DNA from: Thermoanaerobaculia bacterium
GTDB taxonomy: Bacteria > Acidobacteriota > Thermoanaerobaculia > Gp7-AA8
Length of the DNA: 43,649 bases
Direction of reading: 5' to 3'
Assembly: GCA_036383875.1 (NCBI GenBank)
Contig: DASVNL010000032.1
Location: 1 to 43,649 of the forward strand
Shown: piece after piece, positions 8,624-16,063 of the stretch
Numbering within the stretch: position 1 is the stretch's first letter
Layout of the letters: the number at the start of each line of letters is the position of its first letter
Program-made: the position numbers and the translations under genes
Notes under the pieces: model-generated
Databases searched by the model: none
What the model was told of the DNA's origin: nothing
The model's input: the letters and a program-made list of their open reading frames with translations, nothing else

Positions 8624-9391
8624 CTACTGATTGACCCCAGAAGCTAGAACCCCCCCGTCCACCGCGATCACTTCGCCGTTGACGAAGCTCGAGGCGTCGG
8701 AGGCGAGGAAGACGCAGGCGCCGGCGAGCTCTTCGACGCGGCCGAAGCGGCGCATCGGGGTGCGGAGGAGAAATTCTTTGCCGCGCTCCGTGCCGTCGAG
8801 CAGTGCCGAGTTGAGCGCGGTGCGATAGACGCCCGGCGCGATTGCGTTCACGTTGATGCCGCGCGATCCCCACTCGACGGCGAGCGCGCGCGTGAGTCCG
8901 GCGACGCCGGCTTTGCTCGCCGTGTACGCCGCGACTTCGAAGAGCCCGATGAACGACGCCAGCGAGGCGATGTTGATGATGCGGCCGTGGCCGCGCTCGA
9001 GCATGTGGCGGCCGAACACCTGACACGCGCGCAGCGTCCCGGTGAGATTCGTTTCGAGAATCGACGCCCACTCTTCGTCCGTGACGTCGAGCGTCGGCGT
9101 GCGCTTCGTGATGCCCGCGCAGTTCACGAGGATGTCGACCCCGCCGAGCTCCGCGATCGTCTGCTGCAGCGCGGCTTCGAGCAATGCGCGATCCGAAACG
9201 TCTGCGGTGACGCGCACGGCGCGGCGTCCGCGCTGTTCGACTTCACTCGCGGCCGCGTCGACCTGCTCGCGTCTGCGCGACATCGGCACGACGTCCGCGC
9301 CGGCGTCGGCGAGTCCGCGCACGAGCGCGAGTCCGATGCCCGACGTGCCGCCCGTGACGACGGCCACTTTTCCTTCGAGTGGTGGTGTCAC
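8624..9391 (-). CDS. SDR-family oxidoreductase (candidate 2-keto-3-deoxy-L-fuconate or gluconate-5-type dehydrogenase)
   Basis: 255 aa from GTG at 9391 (VTPPLEGKVAVVTGGTSGIGLA). It has NCAG and YTASKAG motifs. GTGA overlap with the gntR stop. The rest of the 517-aa track ORF is a shadow extension. Substrate is inferred only from the fucD neighbour. Confidence 0.8.
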   Translation of the reverse strand: MTPPLEGKVAVVTGGTSGIGLALVRGLADAGADVVPMSRRREQVDAAASEVEQRGRRAVRVTADVSDRALLEAALQQTIAELGGVDILVNCAGITKRTPTLDVTDEEWASILETNLTGTLRACQVFGRHMLERGHGRIINIASLASFIGLFEVAAYTASKAGVAGLTRALAVEWGSRGINVNAIAPGVYRTALNSALLDGTERGKEFLLRTPMRRFGRVEELAGACVFLASDASSFVNGEVIAVDGGVLASGVNQ

Positions 9392-10149
9392 CCGCCAACC
9401 ACCTTCGAAGGCAACACTCCCGCGGGCAGCTCTTCCGATGCCTGCGCGCTGCGCGCGAGGTCGAGGTGTCGCGTCATTTCGAGACGCGCGCGTTCGGGAT
9501 CGCGATCGCGAATGGCCTGGTAAATGCGGCGATGCATCTCCGCCGATTCTTTGAGATCGATTGCGCGCTCGACCGTCATGCGGCGCTGTTCGTAGACGAG
9601 CGACGAGATCATTTCGACGAGCGCGAGCAGCACCGGATTGTCGGCCGCGCCCGCGATCGCGCGATGGAAGCGCACGTCGTGCACGAGGAACGTCTGCGGC
9701 TCCGTCAGCGTCGCGAACATCCCGGTCACTTCCTCGGCCATCGGCGCGAGGCGATCGGCGAGTCCGCGTTCCGCGGCCAGTCCGGCCGCGCCGACTTCGA
9801 GCACTTTGCGCGCTTCGAAAATCTGATCGCGCGTGAAGCCGTGCAGCGCTGCGAGAAACGAGAGCGGACCGGCGCCGAGGCGGGGAGGACCGCCGGTGAT
9901 GAACGTGCCTGCGCCCTGGCGCGACTCGGTGACGCCCATCGCCGCGAGTGCGTGCAGTCCGGCGCGCACGGTGGGTCGCGAGAGTCCGAGCTCCTGGGCG
10001 AGCTCGCGTTCCGGCGCGAGCCGGTCGCCGGGTCGCAGCGATCCGCTCTCGATGAGAAGAGCGATGTGGCGGACGACCTGATCGGCGGACTGCAATTCGC
10101 CGGATGGAAGATCCAGAGACGGGTCTTTCGGCTTCAGATCCTTGACCAT
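9388..10149 (-). CDS. GntR-family (FadR/FCD subfamily) transcriptional regulator
   Basis: 253 aa. The wHTH reads RLAPERELAQELGLSRPTVRAGLHALAAMGV, followed by a helical FCD-like C-terminal domain. It is the first gene of the minus-strand hexuronate operon. Confidence 0.85.
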   Translation of the reverse strand: MVKDLKPKDPSLDLPSGELQSADQVVRHIALLIESGSLRPGDRLAPERELAQELGLSRPTVRAGLHALAAMGVTESRQGAGTFITGGPPRLGAGPLSFLAALHGFTRDQIFEARKVLEVGAAGLAAERGLADRLAPMAEEVTGMFATLTEPQTFLVHDVRFHRAIAGAADNPVLLALVEMISSLVYEQRRMTVERAIDLKESAEMHRRIYQAIRDRDPERARLEMTRHLDLARSAQASEELPAGVLPSKVVGG

Positions 10150-10292
10150 GTACGTTCTCTCCGAGTGGCTTGACCAATTCTCGACATCTATCTCAAATTG
10201 TCAATACTGGATTGACCAATTTCGATATCCGAAGGTAGGATCTTCGGCGCAGTCGCACTTTCTGGTCGGTTTGTCTTGGTATTGGTCTGACC
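10142..10292. promoter_or_regulatory. divergent promoter region with repeated TTGACCA(ATT)/TTGTCAAT boxes (candidate GntR-type operators)
   Basis: TTGACCA lies at 10142-10148, overlapping the gntR start. TTGACCAATT lies at 10170-10179 and again at 10212-10221, 42 bp apart. TTGTCAATA lies at 10198-10206. ATTGGTCTGACC lies at 10281-10292. The half-site resembles the TTGGTATACCAA-type UxuR/ExuR operator. Confidence 0.45.
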
Positions 10293-10307
10293 TCACGAGG
10301 GACAGGT

Positions 10308-13300
10308 ATGACAACGACGTTGCGTCTCCTGCTCGTTTTCGCGCTGATTCTGGCGTGCACCGCGCACGCGGACATCGTCCTCCACGCGGACTACTCCGAT
10401 CCCGACGTCATCCGCGTGGGCGACACGTACTACCTGACCGCGTCGAGCTTCCAGCATGTCCCCGGCCTGCCGATCCTCGCATCGAACGACCTCGTGAACT
10501 GGACGATCATCGCCCACGCCGTGGATCGCCTGCCCGCGGATTTTGATCGCCCGCAACATGGCAATGGTCTGTGGGCACCGAGTCTCCGCCATCATGACGG
10601 CTGGTTCTGGATCTACGTCGGCGATCCCGATCGCGGGATCTATATGACGCGCGCACGCGACGCGCGCGGTCCATGGGAACCGCTGACGCTCATTCACAAA
10701 GCAACCGGCTGGATCGATCCGTGTCCGCTGTGGGACGACGACGGCGCGATGTACCTCGTGCACGCGTGGGCGAAGAGTCGCGCGGGGTTCAACGGCGTGT
10801 TGAGCGTCAATCGAATGAGCAGCGACGGGCGCCGCGTCGTCGACGACGGCGTGGTCGTGTTCGACGGACGCGAGAACCATCCGACGATCGAAGGTCCGAA
10901 GTTCTACAAGCGCAACGGCTGGTACTACATCTTCGCTCCCGCGGGCGGCGTGAAGCGCGGCTGGCAAACGGTGCTCCGCTCGAAGAACGTGCTTGGCCCG
11001 TACGAAGACAAGATCGTGCTCGAGCAAGGTCGCAGCATGGTGAACGGTCCGCATCAGGGCGCGTGGGTGGATGGCTCCTTCATTCATTTTCAGGACCTCG
11101 GCGCCTACGGCCGCGTCGTGCATCGCCAGTCATTGAAATGGATCAACGACTGGCCCGAGATCGACGGCCCGTCGAACGCCGATCTGCACCCGGCGATGCC
11201 GCAAGCGTCCGACGAGTTCAACGCGCGCACGCTCGGTCTGCAGTGGCAGTGGCAAGGCAACGTCGCGAAGGACGCGTACTCGCTGCGCAATGGCGCGTTG
11301 CGACTCTCCGCGACGCCGCCGAATCTCTGGGACGCGACGAATCTCCTGCTGCAGAAGCTCCCCGCGCGCGCGTTCACGATGACGACGCGCCTCGACGCCT
11401 CGACGCTCCAGCCCGGCGAACGCGCGGGTCTCGTGATTTTCGGCATGGACTACTCCGCACTGACGATCGAACGCGCAGTCAGCGGCTTCGTCGTCCGACG
11501 CGTGACCGCGCGCGACGCGGACGAAGGCGGCGCAGAGCAGGAGCTCGGCGTCGTGCCGGTCGCGAATGGCAACGTCGAGTTTCGCATGACGGTCAGTCCG
11601 CACGCGGTCGCGCGCTTCGCGTATCGCACGACGGATGGATTCCAATCCATTGGGACCGCATTTGTCGCGCGGCCCGGCAAGTGGGTCGGCGCGAAGGCCG
11701 GACTGTTCGGCCCCGCGCGCTTCGACTGGGTTCGCGTCGAGACGTTCCAGCCGGCGGAAACCGCGAGCCTGATCGTCGGACCGGACGGCGACTTCAAGAC
11801 GATTCAGGAAGCCGTCGACGCGATCCCGCGCGACAACGACGACCCGCAAATCATCCTCATCCGCAACGGCACGTATCGCGAGAAGGTGATGATCGCGAAG
11901 AGTCACATCGCGCTCGTCGGCGAGGATCGCGAGACGACGCGCATCGCGTTCGCGGAGCTGCGCCGCAACTGGCGCGCGAGTCATCCCGACGACTACGGCG
12001 CCGCGGTGATCAACATCGCGGACGAGGCCACCGACATCACGATCGCGAACCTCACGGTCGTCAACGATTACGGCAGCGCGTCCGGCGATCACGATCATCA
12101 GTTCGCGATCCGCGGGATGTCGCTGTCGAATCGCATCGCCGTGCTGCATGCGAACGTGATCGCCGGCGGCGGCGACACGTTCAGCCCGTGGAACAGCGAG
12201 TCCGGACTGACCTACGCAACCGATTCGTACTTCGAAGGCTACGTCGATTTCGTCTGTCCGCGCGGCTGGGCGTACATCACGAACAGCCGCTTCTACGCGC
12301 GCCCGAGCAGCGCCGGCATCTGGCACGACGGGAGTAAGGGTCGCGACCAGAAGTTCGTCATCCGCCATTCTCACTTCGACGGCGATCCGAACTTTCTCCT
12401 CGGCCGCAACCATCGCGACGCGCAGTTCTATCTGCTCGACGCACAGTTCAGCGCGGCGATGGCCGATCGCGCGATCTATCCCGCCGATGCACCCGACCCA
12501 CGCCAGTGGGGCGAGCGTTACTACTACGCGAACGCGCATCGCGAAGGCAGCGACTTCGCGTGGTACGCGGACAATCTGCGCGACGCCGACGGCTCCCCGC
12601 GCGATGAAGACGTGACCGCGGCCTGGACGTTCGGCGGACGCTGGGATCCGTCAACGATTCCTGCGGTGTTGCCGTTCGCCGCGATCCCGCAACCGGAGCA
12701 CGGTTGGAAGTGGGCCGATCCGGCGGGCGTCACGCTGCGCTGGACGCCGTCGCGCAACGCACGCACGCAACGCATCACCTTCGATGGGAAGACGCACGAC
12801 GCGCGCGAGTCGAAATTCGAGACCGGCCCGCTCGAGCCGGGAAAGTCGTACACGTGGCGTGTCGATGATGGTCCGGAGTGGACGTTCCGCGCCGATCCGC
12901 GCACGACGCGCATCGCACTCGTGGGCGACTCCACCGTCACCGACAAATCGGGCTGGGGCCGCGGCTTCACGGCGAACGTCAACGAAAGCGCAGCCGTGCT
13001 CAATCTCGCCCGCGGCGGGCGCAGCTCGAAGTCGTATCGCAGCGAAGGTCTGTGGGACGACGTGCTGCGCCGCAAGCCGTCGCACGTGCTCCTGCAATTC
13101 GGCCACAACGACGAGCCGGGCAAGGGTCTGGATCGCGAGACCGACGTCCCGACGTTCACCGCGAACATGACGCGCTACGTCGACGAGGCGCGTGCAATGG
13201 GCGCGAAGCCGATCCTCGTCACCTCGCTCGCTCGCCGGTACGACGATCCGCACCTCGGCAAATACGCCGACGCGACGCGCGCAGTCGCGGCGGAGAAAAA

Positions 13301-14627
13301 CGTCCCGCTCATCGATCTCAATCGCGAGAGCCACGCGATCCTCGTCGGACTCACGCCGTCCGTGACCTTCACGCTCGGCCCTGACAAAACGCACCTCAAT
13401 GAAACAGGCGCGGCGCTCTTCGGAGACGTCGTCGCAGAAAAACTGCGCGACGCCGCACCCGAGCTTGCGACGCATATGCGCAAGAAAACCGCCAACCGCC
13501 AACCGCCAACCGCCAACTGGTCGGCCCGAATGGCCGACTCCGTAATGAAGCGCACACCGGACCCGTTGATGCTCGACGCGCGCGAGACGCCGCGCTGGGA
13601 GTACACGCCCGGCCTCGTGCTCAAGGCGATCTTCGACGTCGCACAACGCACCGGCGATGAACGCTACTGGAACTACGCGACCACGTATTACGACCACTTC
13701 ATCAACGCCGACGGCACCATCAAGAACTACGTCAAAGACGACTACAACATCGATCGCATCAATCCCGGCAAGCCGCTCTTCCTGCTTTACGCGAAAACAA
13801 AAGACGAGAAATATCGCAAAGCCATCGAGCTCCTGCGCCAGCAGATGCGCGAGCATCCGCGCACGAAGGAAGGCGGCTTCTGGCACAAGAAGCGATACCC
13901 GTATCAGATGTGGCTCGACGGGTTGTACATGGGCGCGCCGTTCCTCGCGCAGTACGCGAAGACGTTCAATGAGCCCGCGCTGTTCGACGACGTCATCAAT
14001 CAGTTCGTCTGGATGGAATCGCACGCGCGCGACCCGAAGACCGGCCTGCTGTATCACGGCTGGGACGAGAGCCGCGAACAGAAGTGGTCGGATCCGAAAA
14101 CCGGGACCTCGCCTGAATTCTGGGGCCGCGCGATGGGGTGGTATGCGATGGGTCTCGTCGAGACGCTCGACTTCGTCCCGCTCGAACATCCGCGACGCCG
14201 CGAGTTGATCGCGATCCTGCAGCGGTTAGTCGAGGCGATTGTGAAAGTGCAGGATCCGAAGACGGGCGTGTGGTGGCAAGTCGTCGACAAAGGCGGCCGC
14301 GAAGGAAACTACCTCGAAGCCTCCGTGTCCGTGATGTTCAGCTACGCATTGTTGAAGGCCGCGCGCCTCGGCTACGTCAAGCCGATTTATCGATTGTCCG
14401 GCCAGTTTGCGTACAACGGCGTGCTCAAACAATTCATCGAGGTCGACAAAGACGGCGTCGTGAATATCCACCGCGTCTGCGAAGTCGCAGGACTCGGCGG
14501 CGATCCCGAAAAAGGGGAGAAGTACCGCTCCGGCACGTACGACTACTACATCACCGAGAAAATCCGCAGCAACGATCCAAAGGCCGTCGGCCCGTTCATT
14601 TTTGCGAGTCTGGAGATGGAGCGCTGA
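10308..14627 (+). CDS. exported multi-catalytic pectin/rhamnogalacturonan-degrading fusion protein: GH43 + beta-sandwich, CE8 pectin methylesterase, CE12 SGNH rhamnogalacturonan acetylesterase, GH105 unsaturated rhamnogalacturonyl hydrolase
   Basis: Single uninterrupted 1439-aa ORF with a signal peptide. GH43 spans ~10380-11210 (YSDPDVIRVGDTYYL, IEGPKFY), with a ConA-like domain to ~11750. CE8 spans ~11760-12660 (TIQEAVDAIP, GGGDTF, GYVDFVCPRG). An Ig-like linker follows. CE12 spans ~12905-13470 (LVGDSTV, GHNDE, DKTHL). GH105 spans ~13545-14624 (EGGFWHKKRYPYQMWLDGLYMG, very similar to YteR). Confidence 0.85.
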   Translation: MTTTLRLLLVFALILACTAHADIVLHADYSDPDVIRVGDTYYLTASSFQHVPGLPILASNDLVNWTIIAHAVDRLPADFDRPQHGNGLWAPSLRHHDGWFWIYVGDPDRGIYMTRARDARGPWEPLTLIHKATGWIDPCPLWDDDGAMYLVHAWAKSRAGFNGVLSVNRMSSDGRRVVDDGVVVFDGRENHPTIEGPKFYKRNGWYYIFAPAGGVKRGWQTVLRSKNVLGPYEDKIVLEQGRSMVNGPHQGAWVDGSFIHFQDLGAYGRVVHRQSLKWINDWPEIDGPSNADLHPAMPQASDEFNARTLGLQWQWQGNVAKDAYSLRNGALRLSATPPNLWDATNLLLQKLPARAFTMTTRLDASTLQPGERAGLVIFGMDYSALTIERAVSGFVVRRVTARDADEGGAEQELGVVPVANGNVEFRMTVSPHAVARFAYRTTDGFQSIGTAFVARPGKWVGAKAGLFGPARFDWVRVETFQPAETASLIVGPDGDFKTIQEAVDAIPRDNDDPQIILIRNGTYREKVMIAKSHIALVGEDRETTRIAFAELRRNWRASHPDDYGAAVINIADEATDITIANLTVVNDYGSASGDHDHQFAIRGMSLSNRIAVLHANVIAGGGDTFSPWNSESGLTYATDSYFEGYVDFVCPRGWAYITNSRFYARPSSAGIWHDGSKGRDQKFVIRHSHFDGDPNFLLGRNHRDAQFYLLDAQFSAAMADRAIYPADAPDPRQWGERYYYANAHREGSDFAWYADNLRDADGSPRDEDVTAAWTFGGRWDPSTIPAVLPFAAIPQPEHGWKWADPAGVTLRWTPSRNARTQRITFDGKTHDARESKFETGPLEPGKSYTWRVDDGPEWTFRADPRTTRIALVGDSTVTDKSGWGRGFTANVNESAAVLNLARGGRSSKSYRSEGLWDDVLRRKPSHVLLQFGHNDEPGKGLDRETDVPTFTANMTRYVDEARAMGAKPILVTSLARRYDDPHLGKYADATRAVAAEKNVPLIDLNRESHAILVGLTPSVTFTLGPDKTHLNETGAALFGDVVAEKLRDAAPELATHMRKKTANRQPPTANWSARMADSVMKRTPDPLMLDARETPRWEYTPGLVLKAIFDVAQRTGDERYWNYATTYYDHFINADGTIKNYVKDDYNIDRINPGKPLFLLYAKTKDEKYRKAIELLRQQMREHPRTKEGGFWHKKRYPYQMWLDGLYMGAPFLAQYAKTFNEPALFDDVINQFVWMESHARDPKTGLLYHGWDESREQKWSDPKTGTSPEFWGRAMGWYAMGLVETLDFVPLEHPRRRELIAILQRLVEAIVKVQDPKTGVWWQVVDKGGREGNYLEASVSVMFSYALLKAARLGYVKPIYRLSGQFAYNGVLKQFIEVDKDGVVNIHRVCEVAGLGGDPEKGEKYRSGTYDYYITEKIRSNDPKAVGPFIFASLEMER
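13487..13517 (+). repeat. heptanucleotide tandem repeat (GCCAACC) about 4.4 units inside the CDS at the CE12/GH105 junction
   Basis: The sequence is aacc gccaacc gccaacc gccaacc gccaac, encoding TANRQPPTAN. The unit length is not a multiple of 3. Confidence 0.9.
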
Positions 14628-15960
14628 AGCGCGTCCACAAAGCCTGCACATCGACTGACGCATCGACTTCGAGAGTTCGCGACAATTGCTCCAGCCACTG
14701 ACGCCGGTCCTGCGGAACGATCACCGGACGCGATACCGACTCGCGTTTCGGATAACCGCCGGCCTCGCGCTGACTGTCGATGATGCGGCCGTCGCCGTCG
14801 ATGATCGATCGCACGATGCGCGCGTCGATCGGATCGCGTCGCGCAGGACGCGACCCAGCACTGCGCAACGCGCGCTCTGCCGATTCACGCGGATCTCGCG
14901 CTGCAACCGCGGCCTCGCTCGCGATTACGCCGTCGTCATGCGACGCGACGCCGAACAGCAGATTGTCGCGAAGGAACGCACGCGCGCCCGGATCGAGGCT
15001 CTTCACGAAATACTTGCCCCGCGTATTCGGTCCCGCGATGGCCACGTTCCCCGCCAGCGTCACCTCGGCCGGCGTCAACATCTTCTGATTCCCCTTCGCG
15101 CCGATGCCGACGCACGCCGAGACCCAGTTGTACATCACCGAGTCGAGCACCGTCGCCGTCGCGCCGCCCTTCACGCGCGGGTTGCGTTCGTGGTTGTGCG
15201 CGTACACGCAGCCGATGATTGCGACGTTGCGCACGCCGTCGTGCACGAGCGTCCCCTTCGAATGTTCGCCCTTCGGGTGCGTCGACTTCGACAGCGCCTC
15301 GGCGATCAGGCAATGTCGCAGCGTGATGTCGTGCGCCGTGAGGCTGCCGTCCTCGACGTCGCCTGGCCCCGAGGTCGAGAGATTTTCGTCGACGGCCCAC
15401 GTTGCGGAACAGTGATCGAAGATCACGTCGTGCACGGGGCCGTTGCTGCCGCGCCGCACGCCCAGCGCGTCGGGCGTCCACTCCACGCCGGGAAGACCTT
15501 CGTCGCCTGGACGCACAGCGATGTGCTGAATCACGACGTCGTGCGTTTCGACGATGAGGCCACCGCGAATGAGCGTGATCCCGGGATCGGGCGCCGTCTG
15601 GCCGGCGAGCGTGAGGTGCGGCTCGCGGATCGTGAGCGTGCGTCCGCCGAGGTCGATGACCCCGGCGACTTCGAACACGACGAGGCGCGGTCCCCTGGTC
15701 TGAAGCGCGTGCCGCAGCGAGCCGGGTCCGTCCGCGGCGAGCGTCGTCACCCGGACGACGTCTCCGTCGATGCCGCCGTCCGTCTTTGCGCCGATTTGTT
15801 GCTCCGCGCGATCCAATTCAGGGCTGATTGGTCTGACCACTGTGGTTTGCGTGGGAGTGGGGGCGGCAGGACCCGAAACGGGCGCTTTCGAGGCAAAACA
15901 ACCGGAAAAGCCCGCGGCGAGCAACGAAAGGGCGAGAAAAGATGTATCGAATTTAAGCAT
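14596..15960 (-). CDS. pectate lyase (PL1-like) lipoprotein
   Basis: 454 aa from ATG 15960 (MLKFDTSFLALSLLAAGFSGC lipobox). Parallel beta-helix motifs are present: VIFDHCSATWAVDENLS and HNHERNPRVKGG. The 3' end overlaps the convergent CAZyme gene by 32 nt. The track ORF to 16251 is a shadow extension. Confidence 0.8.
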   Translation of the reverse strand: MLKFDTSFLALSLLAAGFSGCFASKAPVSGPAAPTPTQTTVVRPISPELDRAEQQIGAKTDGGIDGDVVRVTTLAADGPGSLRHALQTRGPRLVVFEVAGVIDLGGRTLTIREPHLTLAGQTAPDPGITLIRGGLIVETHDVVIQHIAVRPGDEGLPGVEWTPDALGVRRGSNGPVHDVIFDHCSATWAVDENLSTSGPGDVEDGSLTAHDITLRHCLIAEALSKSTHPKGEHSKGTLVHDGVRNVAIIGCVYAHNHERNPRVKGGATATVLDSVMYNWVSACVGIGAKGNQKMLTPAEVTLAGNVAIAGPNTRGKYFVKSLDPGARAFLRDNLLFGVASHDDGVIASEAAVAARDPRESAERALRSAGSRPARRDPIDARIVRSIIDGDGRIIDSQREAGGYPKRESVSRPVIVPQDRRQWLEQLSRTLEVDASVDVQALWTRFSAPSPDSQK

Positions 15961-15962
15961 AC

Positions 15963-16008
15963 TGGTCATACAACACTTGACTATCAGGCGTGAGTGGTCA
16001 TATAACAC
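15963..16008. promoter_or_regulatory. direct repeat TGGTCATA(C/T)AACAC x2 in the divergent pectate-lyase / TonB-receptor promoter region
   Basis: The copies lie at 15963-15976 and 15995-16008, 32 bp apart (13/14 identical). They share the TGGTCA core with the reverse complement of the 10170/10212 boxes. Confidence 0.4.
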
Positions 16009-16063
16009 AGGCCACGATCCCAAGCGAACAATTCGACCCCATCGAGTGCCCGGAGGAGATGTC

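Noticed and set aside
14596-14627. A 32-nt convergent overlap between the 3' ends of the CAZyme fusion gene and the pectate lyase gene. Similar convergent overlaps occur at 26917-26932, and a 59-nt same-strand overlap at 39394-39452.
   Set aside because: Late stop codons are common in high-GC genomes, and the C-terminal tails involved are unconserved-looking. This is not evidence of anything beyond compact gene packing.
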